Of a DNA stretch of 64,000 nt, positions 12,300 through 24,830 are shown one piece after another. The DNA is from Cetorhinus maximus (lineage: Eukaryota). Numbering within the stretch: position 1 is the first letter of the stretch; every line of letters starts with the position of its first letter. The position numbers and the translations under genes are program-made. The notes below the pieces were generated by a model. The model was not told the origin of the DNA, made no database searches, and saw only the letters and a list, made by a program, of their open reading frames with translations. The stretch lies in contig NC_135888.1 of the NCBI RefSeq assembly GCF_964194155.1, positions 133,424,001-133,488,000 on the forward strand. The letters run 5' to 3'.

Positions 12300-12850
12300 G
12301 GTACTAAATGTCTCTTATACTCCACTGAGCATAACCAATAAAACTAAATAACTACTTAACTAAAGAAACATGGAGAACCATCTCTTAAAGGGGCCACTGT
12401 AACCAAATCAAAACTTCAATGGCAATGTGTCAAGTCAAATTGAAATAATGTTACTGAGGAATGATGATGCACTGCAGCCCCTGCGGTGCTCAACAGTCAT
12501 GGAAGGCCTCAAATGTACCAGTGGACATCACATGCTTCCTTCCCAGGGACACCGACGTGTAAACGTAGCCACGTAAGAGAGGCTGACAGTTGGGCCCGAT
12601 GACCACCTCAAACGCCCACTGCCTGGGCCTGTTAATGGCCACCTTGGCCAGGCCTGGGAGCAGGCTTACAAGGAGTTCCTCCTCCCTGCCCACCCCCATT
12701 CCGCACCAGGTGGCCAAAGATCAGGAGATTGGGGGGGCTGAAGTGCAGCCAGAAATTGAGTAGTATCTCCCTCGGCCTTGAAACAGGGGCTGCAACCTCT
12801 CACATCCTGCATATACACGGGACACGGACTCCTCAATGCTGCAGGAATAA
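12300..12850 (-). mobile_element. Tx1/L1-group LINE ORF2 C-terminus plus 3' UTR, copy 2
   Basis: ORF GREEELLVSLLPGLAKVAINRPR..LLRGYV..VSLGRKH..GTFEAF; colinear with copy 1. Confidence 0.7.
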
Positions 12851-12975
12851 ATGTCTCTTTATATTTCACAAATAATTATCCAATGATTGCCCTCTACCAG
12901 TATAGATTTAACTTTATACAATTTAAAAGACAGAGACTGCAAAGATGGCCTCCCCTCCACCACCCTGCCCCAGCC

Positions 12976-14059
12976 TGTTATGACCTAATCACGTTATTTC
13001 TCTATAGTTCTTGTTATTATGGGGCTGGTGGTAATTGGCGGGCTGACCAAATCCCAAAGGGAAACTTGGTCAAGCTATGACAATGCTTTGTAATTTTTAT
13101 TTTTATTACGAGAATGTATGTGTAATGAAGTCACAAGCAAAGATTTCACAACTACTTTTGGAGATTTTAAATATTAAATTAAAACATTTATTAACAAGAG
13201 AAAAGAAAATTAAAACACACAAGATTACAGCTACACGGTTAAATTTAGTCTTACAACATTTCCCAAAAGATTTCTACTTAGTTAGACTCACAAATAAACA
13301 CCCTTTTCCAGGCTACAGTCCCTATAGATTCTTAATCTATAAAGCATCTAGTAATATTACTGCAAGGCACCCACTGTTGCCATGGGGGAGGTATCTCACA
13401 GGGTTTCTTTCTCCCTCTCACTCAACAATGGAAATCCAAGACTTTTAACAAAACCTTGCTTTCTGGAACAACCAGACATTTCTTTGGGTGACTAGAGGCT
13501 GCTTCCTTCACAGGTCTGTCTTCCCCCAGCACACTCTTCCATATCTCACCTGGCCACACCCCATACAGCTTTTAATCTTTCCTTAAATATATTTTACTCT
13601 TTTATCTTTAAACCCATTGTTCTTAAACTTCTTTTGAAAGTTACCTTTCCCAGAATCTAAAAATCTTACATGTTGTCTTTATGGCCACTACTTTTGGGAA
13701 AAATAAACTTAATGATTTTGCTTTATTCATTTATGATCTCTGCCTGTTGTAAAACTTCCTTTTTCTTTCTCTTCAAAATTCAGCAGCTAAAAATTCAACT
13801 CCTCGTTTATCTCCTAATGTAAATTCCTATTCATGTTGTATTTACTTGTATCCCATCTTAGTTTGTCCATCCCCACTTCAAAATGCTTGCTTTTACACCT
13901 AACCTTTTTTGATTTAAACCTTGCAGACTGACTGTCTTCAGTTTAATTAAATTAGTCTCTCACACACACACACACACACACACAACCCCCACAAGCTTAC
14001 TTCACAGATCCCACAGTAATATTGGAAAATATGACATTTTCTTTACATTCTTCATAACA
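12976..14059 (-). mobile_element. Probable solo LTR (~1.08 kb)
   Basis: Perfect terminal inverted 8-mer TGTTATGA...TCATAACA; AATAAA on the minus strand (~13187); internal (CA)n at ~13960. No TSD recognised. Confidence 0.6.
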
Positions 14060-15039
14060 ATTTGCATTTATATAGTGCCTTTAAACTAGTAAACACTCCA
14101 AAATGCTTTACAGGCCTGATTGTAGCACAAAAATTAACACTGAGCTAAAGAATGAGACATTAAGAATAATGAGGCAGGATTTAAGGAGGATCTTCTCCTG
14201 GTGCTATTCTAGTGAATCATGTGCTTGTTCAAGGCTTATGATGCAATTAACACCCAATGCTGATGTTTTAGATGCCCCCAGGCCCTTTAAGAATAGGTCA
14301 TATATGAGAAAGCCATTCCTTCCTATAGCCTTGAAGCTGTGTGGCTATTAACATCACCCACCCATTCCCTCCTACAGGCCTTGTTTTATTCCAAAAAACA
14401 CAACCTTGGAGTCAACTAACCACGTTGTCTTGAAGCCCCCTCCCACCCACCCCGTCTGCTACATCAAACACCCACCCACTCCTTCCTGCTCGTCTCAACT
14501 GCGCCCCCTCTCTTCAGCCTCGAAGGTGGCGGTGAGGCCAGGACTCTCTGAGTCTCGGCCCTCACCTAGTTTACGCAATACTAAAAATTCCCACTCGTGT
14601 GAAGCAGTGTCTAATCTAGAGGCTCACCCCTCGCCCCTTCCTCCATCTTCCCGTGCCTGACTCATCTCTGCAGGTCAAGGTTCAGTCTGGCACCCTGTCT
14701 GCACTTTTTCATGTGACACCTTGCCCTGGAAACCAGATGTTCAGAGTGTTTAAAAAAACAATCCACTGGCCCAGCCACTTCCTGTCAGTCTCCCTGCTTC
14801 CTCTCTTCGCACTTTCATTTGCAGCTTTTCTGTCTCACTGGCCTGTGATTGTTCAATCACTAACAAGGACAGTTCAGGGTCCAAATATCCCCATTGTGCT
14901 CCCCCGACAGATTCCCAGAGGGGCCATACCTGGAGTGAGACCTTCCCCCTGCCATTAACTCAGATCCTCTTTTCTTAATCTGCACTTCCTCTCTTTCAAG
15001 AAACTTCACCTTTCTGCTCCTCTCTGTGTTGCACCAACA

Positions 15040-15786
15040 ACGAGAACTTGCATTTATATAGCACCTTTATCGGAGTAAACGAACATCCCCATAGTACTTC
15101 ACAGGAGTGACTACCAGTGCAAAATTAGTTGCCAAGCCACATAAGGAGGCATCAGGCTAGGTGACTGAAAGCTTATTATAGAAGGACAGACAGGGGACAC
15201 AGTCTCAGAATAAGGGGGAAGGCCATTTAAGAATGAGATGAGGAGGGATTTCTTTAATCAGATGGTGGTGAATCTTTGGAATTCTCATTCATCCACTTAG
15301 GGCTGTGGAAGCTCAATCATTGAGCATGTTCAAGACAGATATCGATAGATTTCTGGATACTAATGACATCAAGGGATGGGGGGGGTGAAATGGCATAGAG
15401 ATAGATGATCAGCCATGTTCTGTTTGAATAGGGGAGCAGACTCGATGGGCCGAATGGCCTCCTCCTGCTCCTATGTTCCTATGAAATATAGAAAAGTACA
15501 GCACAGAAGGAGGCCAATTGGCCCATCAAGTCTGCACCAGCTTTTTTGAATCCAGTTGGTCCCATTCCCCTGCACCTTCCCCATGTCGTTGCAATTTTTT
15601 TCTGCTTGGAGTACTTATCCAATTCCCTTTTTGAAAGCTACGATTGAATCTGCTTCCACTGCCCTATCACTTCAAATGCATCCATGCCTAGTCCATTCCA
15701 AACCCTAACTACCTGCGGCATAAAGAAGTTTTGTAATTGTTCAAAGAGCTAGGTTTTGAAGAGTGTCTTAAAGAAGGAGAGAAAGG

Positions 15787-15826
<40 letters not shown>

Positions 15827-15960
15827 TCAAGAAACTGAAAGGTTTAGGGAGGGAATTCCAGACCTTAGGGCCCAGGCAGCTGAAGGCACGGCTGCCATTG
15901 GTAAGGGGGATGAAAATCAGGGATGCGCAAGAGGCCTGAATTGGAGGAGCACAGAGATTT
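15040..15960 (-). mobile_element. L2 LINE 3' end with two nested CR1 3' fragments (15185-15485 +, 15485-15740 -) and a (GA)n tract
   Basis: acttgcatttatatagcacc tail..gactgaaagctt | tcaaagagctaggtttt..gggagggaattccagacc is contiguous L2 sequence split by CR1 pieces with ctatgttcctatg-type tails. Confidence 0.7.
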
Positions 15961-17019
15961 ACCCTTTGCAAGAATGGCCACCAACTAGACATCAGGAATC
16001 CAGGCTGGACTGGGGTCATTCAGTTCAATTGGAATGGCCCAAATTGCAGCAGAGTTGGATTCTTCCTGGTCTTTGCAACCAGGGATGTTACATTTCAAGG
16101 ACTGGTTGCAAAGACTAGGATTGTATACCCTTGAATAAAGAGGGTTAAGGGGTGATCCGATCAAAATGATTGAGATGATGGAACAAGTCGATAGGTTAGA
16201 TAAAGAGGAACTATTTCCTCAGTGGAGGGAGACCAGAAGAAGGGGATCCAGAGCTTTATAATTATAGCTAGGCTGTTCAGGGGTGATTAAGGGACTCAGG
16301 GAGCGGGGTGGAGGAGCGGGAGCATGGTGTGGGGAGTATGATATGGGGAGAGTTCTGGGGGGAGTAGAGGGAGAGCAGAAGCACGGGGAGAAGGCACAGA
16401 GAGAGCACTTGGGGAACAGGGGGAGAGCCTTTGACCTCTGCTCATTAAATTACTCCCAACTCCGTTGCCCAGGGCTGCAAAACTGGTCCTATATCAAGGA
16501 CCCTCTTGATTTTTCTCAAGGTGGGTTCATAATTTTTAAAGGCTTATTCCACAATTCATCCCAGGTTTGCTCAGTGATTTTTCAGAAAATTGGCCCAAGA
16601 TTTTTCTTATATTTGGCCCATATTTTTCCCACATTCCTTCAATAATTTTTCTCATTTTGACCACAACTAATTCCTACCTTTGGACAAAGATTTCCCCCTG
16701 GGTTCCATCACAAATTCTCCATGCTGTTCTCCATTTTAGTTTCATGATTAACCACAAATTTGATTCTCGATTTTCTCCAAATGTAGTTCATGATCTTTTG
16801 AAATCTTTCCCAAATTTTTCCCAAGCTTGGTCTCAGATTTCCCCAAAACTTATTTTGCAATTTTTCCCCAATTTTGGTTCAGGTTTATTCAAAGGTTTCT
16901 TCCAGGAAGGTTCTCATGTTTTGTCGATGATGTTCCTTCTTTATATGCTATAGTTATTGCCAAATTTGGTCCAGAATTGACCTTGGTGATCGATTTGACC
17001 CTAAGCTGAGCAGCTGACC

Positions 17020-17690
17020 TCATATCATCTCCATTATCAAGATCGTCTATTTCCACCTTTGTAACCACCTCCTTACATAGTCTGACCTACATGTGACTCC
17101 AAACCCACAGCTATGTGGTTGACTCTTAAATGCCCTCTGCAATGGCCTAGCAAGCCACTCAGTTGTATCTCAAGGGCAATCAGGGGTGGGCAAATAAATG
17201 TTGGCTTTGCCAGCAATACCCATATCCCATTAATGAATTAACATCACTGGTCCCTTGATTTACTCTGCTGATACATTCATCCATTATCTCAAGACTTGAC
17301 TATTCCAATGCTCTGCCTGTCTCCCAACTTTCCCTCACCCTTCGTGTAAAATGTGCTGCCCACATCCTAACTCACGCCAAGTCCCATTTATCCCCTATGC
17401 TCATTGACCTACATTGGCACATTATCCAAAAACACCTTGATTTTAAAATTCTCATGTTTGTTTTCAAGTTCCTTCAAGGCTTCACCTTCCCTAACTCTGT
17501 GAGCTCCTCCAGTCCAACCATCCGAGATCTCTGCTCTCCTCCAAGTCTTGCAACCAATGCATCCTCCATTTTAATTGTTCCAACATTGGCGGCCATGCCT
17601 TCAGCTGCCTAGGCCCCAGCTCTGGAACACTCTCCCTGAACCTTTCCGCCTCTCTCTCCTCCTCTAATACTCTCCCTTACCTCTTCCCCT
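17020..17690 (+). mobile_element. L2 fragment with a nested 5'-truncated family A SINE (~17075-17240)
   Basis: ctcaagacttgactattccaatgc (SRLDYSN) and LIDLHW..DFKILMFVFK; SINE body gtgactcc..tggttgactctta. Confidence 0.75.
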
Positions 17691-17784
17691 GACACATCAG
17701 ATAACTGTAAGGATAAGTTAAGCAATGGATCTGTCTGGCATTGAAAGCAACATTTCAAATGCAGAGGCTATTGTGGTGATAAGA

Positions 17785-18345
17785 GAAGGTCAGAGGCTGG
17801 GAATCCTGTGGTGAGTAACTCACCTTCTTACTCCCTAAAGCCTGTCCACCATCTACAAGGCACAAGTCAGGAGTGTGATGGAATACTCCCCACTTGCCTG
17901 GATGAGTGCAGCTCCAACAACACTCAGGAAGGTCAACAGCATCCAGCGCTAACCAGCCTGCTTGGTTGGCACCCCATCCACCACCTTCAACATTCACTCC
18001 CTCCACCACCGATGCACAGTAGCAGCAGTGTATACCATCTACAAGATGGACTACAGCAACCCACCAAGCCTCCTTCAGCAGCACCTTCCAAACTCGTCAC
18101 CTCTACCACCTAGAAGGACAAGAACAGTAGACACTAGGGAACACTGCCAACTACAAGTTCCCTTCCAAGTCACATACCATCCTGACTTGGAAATATGTTC
18201 CTTCACTGCCGCTGGGTCAAAATCCTAGAACCCCCTCCCTAACAGCACTGTGCGTGTGCCCAAACCACATAGACTGCAGCGGGTCAAGAAGGCAGCTTAA
18301 CACCTCAGGGGCAATTAGGGATGGGCAACAAATGCTGGACCAAGG
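17785..18345 (+). mobile_element. Family A LINE 3' end
   Basis: Homologous to 1000-1550. Confidence 0.9.
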
Positions 18346-19387
18346 ACGTGTTTGAACATATAAAAAGACTCATATTTCGACCAGGCTGACTTTCTAACTG
18401 AGTCAAAGGGGCAAAAATAATATGTTTCAAAAAAGACATTTCACAGAAGACAAATCAAATAGCAATTGTTACAAACATAAGAGAATCCAAGGTCAGGTAA
18501 TATTGCTTAAACTGATACTGAAGTGCCAACTATTATTTGTAAAGTGTTTAAAACCACGAAACTCTCAACACCGAAAATGCCCGATTTCACTGGTGGAGCT
18601 TATTACGAGAGAGTCTAAATTTAAAACGTAAGCCTGTTTGGGATTCAGGGAGCTGGATAACTGAATTCCACAACACGAAAAAATAATTTGCAACTGCTTA
18701 AAAAAGATAGGAATATTTTTTTTACAAGGAGACTGGAGTCAATTTTAGTTCACTCCAAAAGCCACTCACTTACAGAAAGTTCAAATAAACCCCATAGTCA
18801 GCGTAGTTCAACCCCAGGGAAGCATCGATGTGGCAGAGTATATTGTAAATAATCTTTTGAAAAATGGAAACACTCACCAAAGCGACGTCTGCAGCAGCCG
18901 CAGCCGAACTAACTTGTGTTGCACTCTTAAACTCGGAGTTTCTGATGTCTCTGGCTGATGGGGAAATCCCGTTGCGTAAGGAAACCAGTCAATTCCTGAG
19001 ACTAGGAGCTCTGTCTGCATCTCAAACTGCCTGAACCAAGCACATTTGAACCACCGTTCAATTAATTATTTGTCCCCCCCACCGAATTCAGTTGTTGCCC
19101 ATTCGTTGGGCTGAATTTTCCCAGAACTGCACGAGTTGCGGTATCGGGTGGGTAAAATGGAGTCCTACCCGCCGATGAAAATGGCGGGGTTTTCCACGCC
19201 GTATCTTCCCGTGCCCACCTCATTATATATTCACTCCCGCGAAACACGCCGCTTCCATGGCGGGCGGGCTCTCATTCGCTCGCTCGCCATCACCCCCGCT
19301 GTTGCGTCACACCAGCCGCCATCTTTAAAAGGCAGCCGCCAGCAAAGCGCTCATCGCCACCAGCTCACCACCACTGCCCGGGAGACA

Positions 19388-20938
19388 TGGCCAGCAAAGG
19401 CAAAAAGACTGCGGCCCCCGCCCCCCCGCCCGCTTCAATGAAGGGTCCCTCGAGTGACTGCTGAATGCCGTGGAGGCCCCGCCGGGGTGTGCTCTACCCC
19501 CACAGGATGCGTAGCAATGTCACCAAATGGTTTGGGAGGCAGTGGTCAGCGGTGGTCAGCGGCAACGCCCTTCAGAGGAGGACAGCCACCCAGTGCCACA
19601 AAAAGATGAGTGATCCCCTCCGTACCGCCAGGGTAAGTCACTCTTCTCATCACTCCCAACTCACACACTCACAAACCCATCACACACCCACAGGGCCCTC
19701 ACTCACTGCCAGTTCAAGGGACATCACCATTCACTCTCTCACACTCACTGTCATTGTCCTCACCCTGTCCATGGGACCACTCATCACCCACACAGGCCAG
19801 GCATACTTATCACCCAGCCCGGCAGGCATCCTCACACACTCTCCCCATCTCTATCCATGCAGGACAAACTGGCTCACAACGGGAGGGAAAGGTCACAGAC
19901 AGGTGGAGGGATGCCGGAATTCAAAGTTCTGACAGAATTTGAAAACAGAGCCATCCAGCTGGCCGGCGATGACCGGGACCGGTCCTGTGCTGACGGTGAG
20001 GTCGGCGCTGCTCTACCAAGTGAGGATCCATCAGATAACCACGCTGTGAGTGATGTGTCCTCTTTCTGGAATCTGGAGGTACCCTCCCTGAAGTCCTGTC
20101 ACAGCGCCCACCCACACCCTCCACCAGCGCAGAGACACACACCTCGGTGGGACCGAGCTTTAGAGTAGCCTCGGGACCACAATCTGGTGAGCTCACCGCA
20201 CTGTCTGATCCACAGCAGGCGGAGGCTGGGACTTCCCAAGTCCCCAGCACTCAGAGGGCTGCTGGAGGCCAGAACATTGCTGAGTCTGAGTCAGATGATG
20301 AGTCTCTGGGCTTGGTCATGTCACAGTTGCTGGAGCTGCAAAGGCAAGCTTGGGAACATCAGGAAGGGATGTCCACTGCCGTCCTCAGATTGCAAGGCAG
20401 AATGGAGGAGTCCGTCCATCTTCAGGCTGAGGTGATAGCGCCGGCATTGCAACGCATCAAGGTCAACACTGGCAGGATGGTGGCCACCATGGAGACCTTG
20501 GTCCAAGACATCACTCCTGCACTGCTGCATGGGCTTAACTCCATCACTGATGCCATAGTTGGCCTCCAACAGTGTATGCCGAGGGGTGCTGGGCAGCTCG
20601 ATCTCACTACAGCTACCCCTTCCACTCATGGAGTCAGCCAGGGGCCCTCGGGCACCCACAGGGAGGAGGATCAGGAGGTGCACACTCCAGTGACCAGCCC
20701 ATCTGAATCCCCTCTTCCTGTGACCTCCACAGCTCCAGCTCCACAGGCCGAGGAGGGTGCCACACAGCAGGACCCTGGAAGCAGGCCGGGACCCTCCAAA
20801 TTTCGGCCCTTCAGAGGACGCCCACCAAAGTCATCACAGACAGGGTGTCACAGTCAGCAGGCTGCCTCCACCTCCACTGTGGATGTCCGGGGAGCACCAA
20901 GACGTAGCGGCAGGGTTAGGACAGTTAAGGAGAATTAG
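19388..20938 (+). pseudogene. Harbinger Myb/SANT-like DNA-binding protein (NAIF1/MSANTD type), intron 19633-19862, frameshifted
   Basis: MASKGKKTAAP/RFNEGSLE*LLNAVEARRGVLYP..AVVSGNALQRRTATQCHKKMSD..AR|gtaagt..atgcag|DKLAHNGRERSQTGGG..LTEFENRA; downstream coiled-coil-like ORF 20147-20938; AATAAA at ~20993. Confidence 0.85.
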
Positions 20939-21659
20939 CTGCACAGCCTGGGCACGGGTGTTAATCACTTTTACATAATGTTCACTATTGTCAATAAACT
21001 CTCAAGATTGTCTCCTGCCTATGGCTTCATGTTCTGATGAGCAGTGTACTTGTCTCTCACAAGTGAAACGTTTCTGCACAAAATAAAGGCAGGTGTCTCA
21101 GTCCAGGGTGTCGTCCCTGTGCTCGGTGCAGCTTTTAGACCACAGTGATGGACCAGCCTCACACTCCCTGCAAACATTACTGAGACCTGCACCTCGGCAG
21201 TGCTGGTCATTGCTGCCAGAATGTAGTGGGCAGGCGCCACAGAGTTCCATCATTCTCTCTGTGTGCTCTCGTACCTTTAAGGTGGGGCTGGCCCCCATCA
21301 CACCAGCATCTGTGACCAGTGATGCTGCGCACCAGCTCCTGAAGGGTTGAGGTGCTGAAGGTGGACACAGCATCAGATGCGTCTAAAGTTTCATGGCTTT
21401 GTCTCTGAGATGGCCCTGATCATGGAGCACAAGCGAGCTGCCCTCAGCCATACAGGAGTCAGACATTCTCAGAGTCTATGTGAAGATCTATGGATTGTCC
21501 TCACTGCATCTTGTCATCATCCTCCTGCGATCGAGCGACTATTAGGGCCTCCACTGCGTCTCCATGACAGGAGCATTCTCACAGATGGTATTCGCGCTGC
21601 CATAAGCCAGACTGGAGTCAAACGTTCATAACTGCGATGTGAGGATCTATGGGGACACC

Positions 21660-22520
21660 TCACTGCATCTCGTCATCATCCTCCACAAATCTGGCAGCTA
21701 TGAGGGCCTCCCGAGTGTGCCTGCCTCGTCTAGCCAGTGCGAGAGCCTCATCTCCGTCATCACCGCCGAGGACCCCCTCACCCTCACACCCGTCATCACC
21801 AACGAGGACCCCCTCACCCTCATACCCGTCATCACCACCAAGGACCCCCTCACCCTCATCCCCATCAGCCTCCTCCTCATCAGAGGAGACGCGCAGCTCC
21901 TCCATCTCCTCCTCAGCCAGCTCCTCTCCCCATTGCAGCGCCAGGTTGTAAAGGGTACAGCAGATGATGATGATGCGTGATGCCCTCTGTGGACTGTATT
22001 GCAGGGATCCACCAGACCAGTCCAAGCACTGGAACCGCATCTGCCCCACCAGGTTGTGAGCTGCAGCATGAACCTCATTATAGCGTCGCCCTGCTGCAGT
22101 CTGAGGCCACTGCATGGGTGTCATCATAGAAATTGAGCGTCATGGTCACTTTCACAGCCATTGGCAGTGGATGCCCTCCATGTCCCCTTGGCACCAAGTC
22201 CTGCAGTAAGTGGCAGATGTGAGCCCCCAGGTCCCTAGACATGTGCAGTCATCGGCGACACTGGTTCTCTGTCATCTGCAGGAATGGTAGGCGGTGTCTA
22301 TAGACCCTGGGTGCCACTAGGCACTGACCAGCCATAGCTCACTGTCACTCCTGGGCAGTGTGTGCGGGAGCTCCTGCTGCCCCTTCTTCATGAGGTTGCT
22401 GCTCCTGCCTCTGTGCAGCCAGGAGCCTCAGTCACTCTCTCCTCTGTCTTCTATGGTCTCTGTCGGCCATCAGATATACAGCCAGGTCACCAGGATTCAT
22501 GATCCTGACATGGTCCTCCT
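21660..22520 (-). pseudogene. Harbinger (HARBI1-like) transposase with the catalytic core deleted
   Basis: N-terminal RVYRHRLPFLQMTENQCRR*LHMSR..ICHLL..LPMAVKVTMTLNFY joins directly to C-terminal MTP..PQTAAGRRYNEVH..MRFQCLDWSGGSLQYSP..RIIIICCTLYNLA plus an acidic tail. Confidence 0.88.
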
Positions 22521-23689
22521 GCAGCATGAAAGAGAGAGAGACGTGGTTAGGATGGGTGTACTTAGCACCTTTCCTGGCCCTGTGTGACCGCCCCTTAACG
22601 CCTCGCAGAGAGCATCTATGGATGGCCAGAGATGAGTGCGCTGTATGGCTGTCCTGTCAACCTGCGACATGGGGGACACTGGTCCAAACTGAGATGCTGA
22701 GATTGCAGGGGGCTGTGAGCACCTCCAGCAGTGACTGAGACATGGCCAGTGTTGGCGAGGAGATTGTACAACCCGTGCAGTCCAACTGCTCTGCAGTCCA
22801 ATAAAGTGGTGGCAGACTCAAAGTCTGTGCTGGGAGGCTGGTCGGGGGGTGGGTGGGTGCGGGTGGGGTAAGGTAGGGAGCACTTGGTGGCCCTTTGGTG
22901 CCCCCGCGATGCTTATATGGGTGGGCAGGCTAGGAAACCGACCCCAATCATATCCCTGTGACTGGGCCTGATCTGACTCAGTTGCAGAAACATGGTCAGT
23001 ATATACGGGTGTCCCGAATGCGTGGCCATTTCCCTCGCTTACCCTGCCCCCCCACCTCGATTGCCTGTGCACGGGATGCAGCGCCAGGGCAGCACTTGAC
23101 CCCACCCCCCACAGTAGCCACCTCTGAGGCTGAACAGCACTTGCCCCCCAGACAACCCCCACCCCTCAGCAGTCGCCTGTGGGGCCGGGCATCAGTTGCC
23201 CCCCGGCCCCCTGGCCCCCCCCCGAGACCTCTAAACAACAGGCCAGCTGTGGAGAACGTTGCTGTTCACTTACCTCAGTTCCCCCAAAGCGAAGGCCGCT
23301 AAGTGCTGTTGCGAAACAGGTCGGCGCGCTTACCCGCCGATGTGGACGGACGCTACAGCGGGGTTCCAAGAGCCTGGCGGGATGGCCTTTTAATGATATG
23401 CTAATTTATTACAGTTAGCTCCCCACTGACCAATGGCGGGAAACACAGCCCGCTGTCGGCGGGCTGAGTGGAAGGTCGCGACCTGTCTTCACTCCGTCGC
23501 GATATGGGTCCCGCCATATTTTCTGCCCGCGCCCACCTGTCACGCCCGCCACCTGCAGGCTCCCAAAATCCCGCCCGTTGTTTAAAAACCGTGACAAGCC
23601 CTAAGTTGGTTCAGTCTCGTTTTTTGTATTAAATGGTGATTGTAAGTATTTTTTGTAAAGGATTTGATGCAAATTCTCGGGCCTTGCTG

Positions 23690-24140
23690 CTGGCACCAAG
23701 TCCCTCTTCTCCCCCTGTGCTCGCTGACCTATAATCGGCTCCCACTCTGGCAATTCCTCAATGTTGAAATTCTCACCCTTTATTTCTAAACCCCTCCATG
23801 GTCTCACCATCCTCCCGCACCATCTGCAAGCTCTCCCAGCTTTACAACCCTCCGAGATTCCTGCACTCCTCCAAAGCTGGCATCTCGTGCATGCCCCTAA
23901 ATTTTGCCACCCCTCCACCATTGGTGGCCGCGTCTTCAGCTGCCTGGAGCTCCCTTCCTCAAACTCTCTGCTTCTTAAACCCTCTCTCATCCTTTGAAAT
24001 TCTCCTTAGAAACCTGCCTCTTTGACCCCCAATGTCTCCTTATTTGACCCGTTGTAAAAAATTTTGTTTGGCGCCGCTCCTGCGATGAACTTTGGGAAAT
24101 TTTGCTACGTTTGTAGGCGCTATATAAACGCAGGTTCTTG
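23690..24140 (+). mobile_element. L2 LINE 3' end
   Basis: gtgctcgctgacctata..ccattggtggccgcgtcttcagctgcc..ggcgctatataaacgcag. Confidence 0.8.
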
Positions 24141-24499
24141 TGTTTCTTCTCACGTAGACATTACAGCCAAGGGTGTGGGTTCCTTTAGATGGATAGGAAC
24201 GTGCCTGTAATTCAGGATCAATCCTGATCTATGAGCTTCCGGCACCTGCTGTAAGGTAGGAAGCCAGTTTGCGCACAGCAAGATCCCACAAACAGCAATG
24301 TGATAACAGCCAGATAACTTGCTTCCGTGATGTGTTTTTCCTTTGGGGCTTATATCATAGAAATGTGCTTTTGAATAAAATGAACAGAATGGCTTTCTCC
24401 CCCGAACGGTAAATAGTGTTTGTGTGGATTCAAGAATTGATAATGCCTCAGAATGTCAGCAGCACTCAAAGCATTTCGGAGACCTTCGGAGAGCTGGAA

Positions 24500-24830
24500 G
24501 AACCTGCATTTATATAGCGCCCCTCATGACCTCAGAACATCCCAAATCATGTCACAGCCACTTTTGAAGACCAGACACTGGTGTAATGGAGGCAACATGG
24601 CAGCCAATTTGCACACAGCAAGATCCCACAACCGGCAGTATGATAATGATCAGATAATCTGTTTTTTAGTGATGGCTGAGAGATAAATATTGTCCAGAAC
24701 ATTAGGGAGAACTGCCTCACTCCTCTACAAGTCATGCCATTAAGTTAGAAGGTTAGCACTTCAACTCCAGAGGCTTAAGAACATAATCCAGGCTGATGTT
24801 CCTAGTGCAGTGCTGAGAGATAGTTTTTCT
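24500..24830 (-). mobile_element. Deu-domain SINE (further partial pieces at ~24260-24330 and ~25480-25640)
   Basis: gcagccaatttgcacacagcaagatcccaca..gatcagataatctg. Confidence 0.75.

Larger units (their letters stand above)
19108..23576. mobile_element. Full-length PIF/Harbinger DNA transposon (decayed) with convergent Myb-like and transposase genes
   Basis: TIRs GGGCTGAATTTT / AAAATCCCGCCC, identical 3-bp flanks GTT|..|GTT, and two Harbinger-type genes inside. Confidence 0.92.

Noticed and set aside
21660-22520. Domesticated host HARBI1/NAIF1 genes
   Set aside because: The genes are enclosed by TIRs and a TSD, with stops, frameshifts and core deletion.
24158-24255. Candidate + strand exon with a good acceptor and AAG|GTAGGA donor
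   Set aside because: Stops in all three frames, and both splice-like signals derive from flanking L2/SINE sequence.
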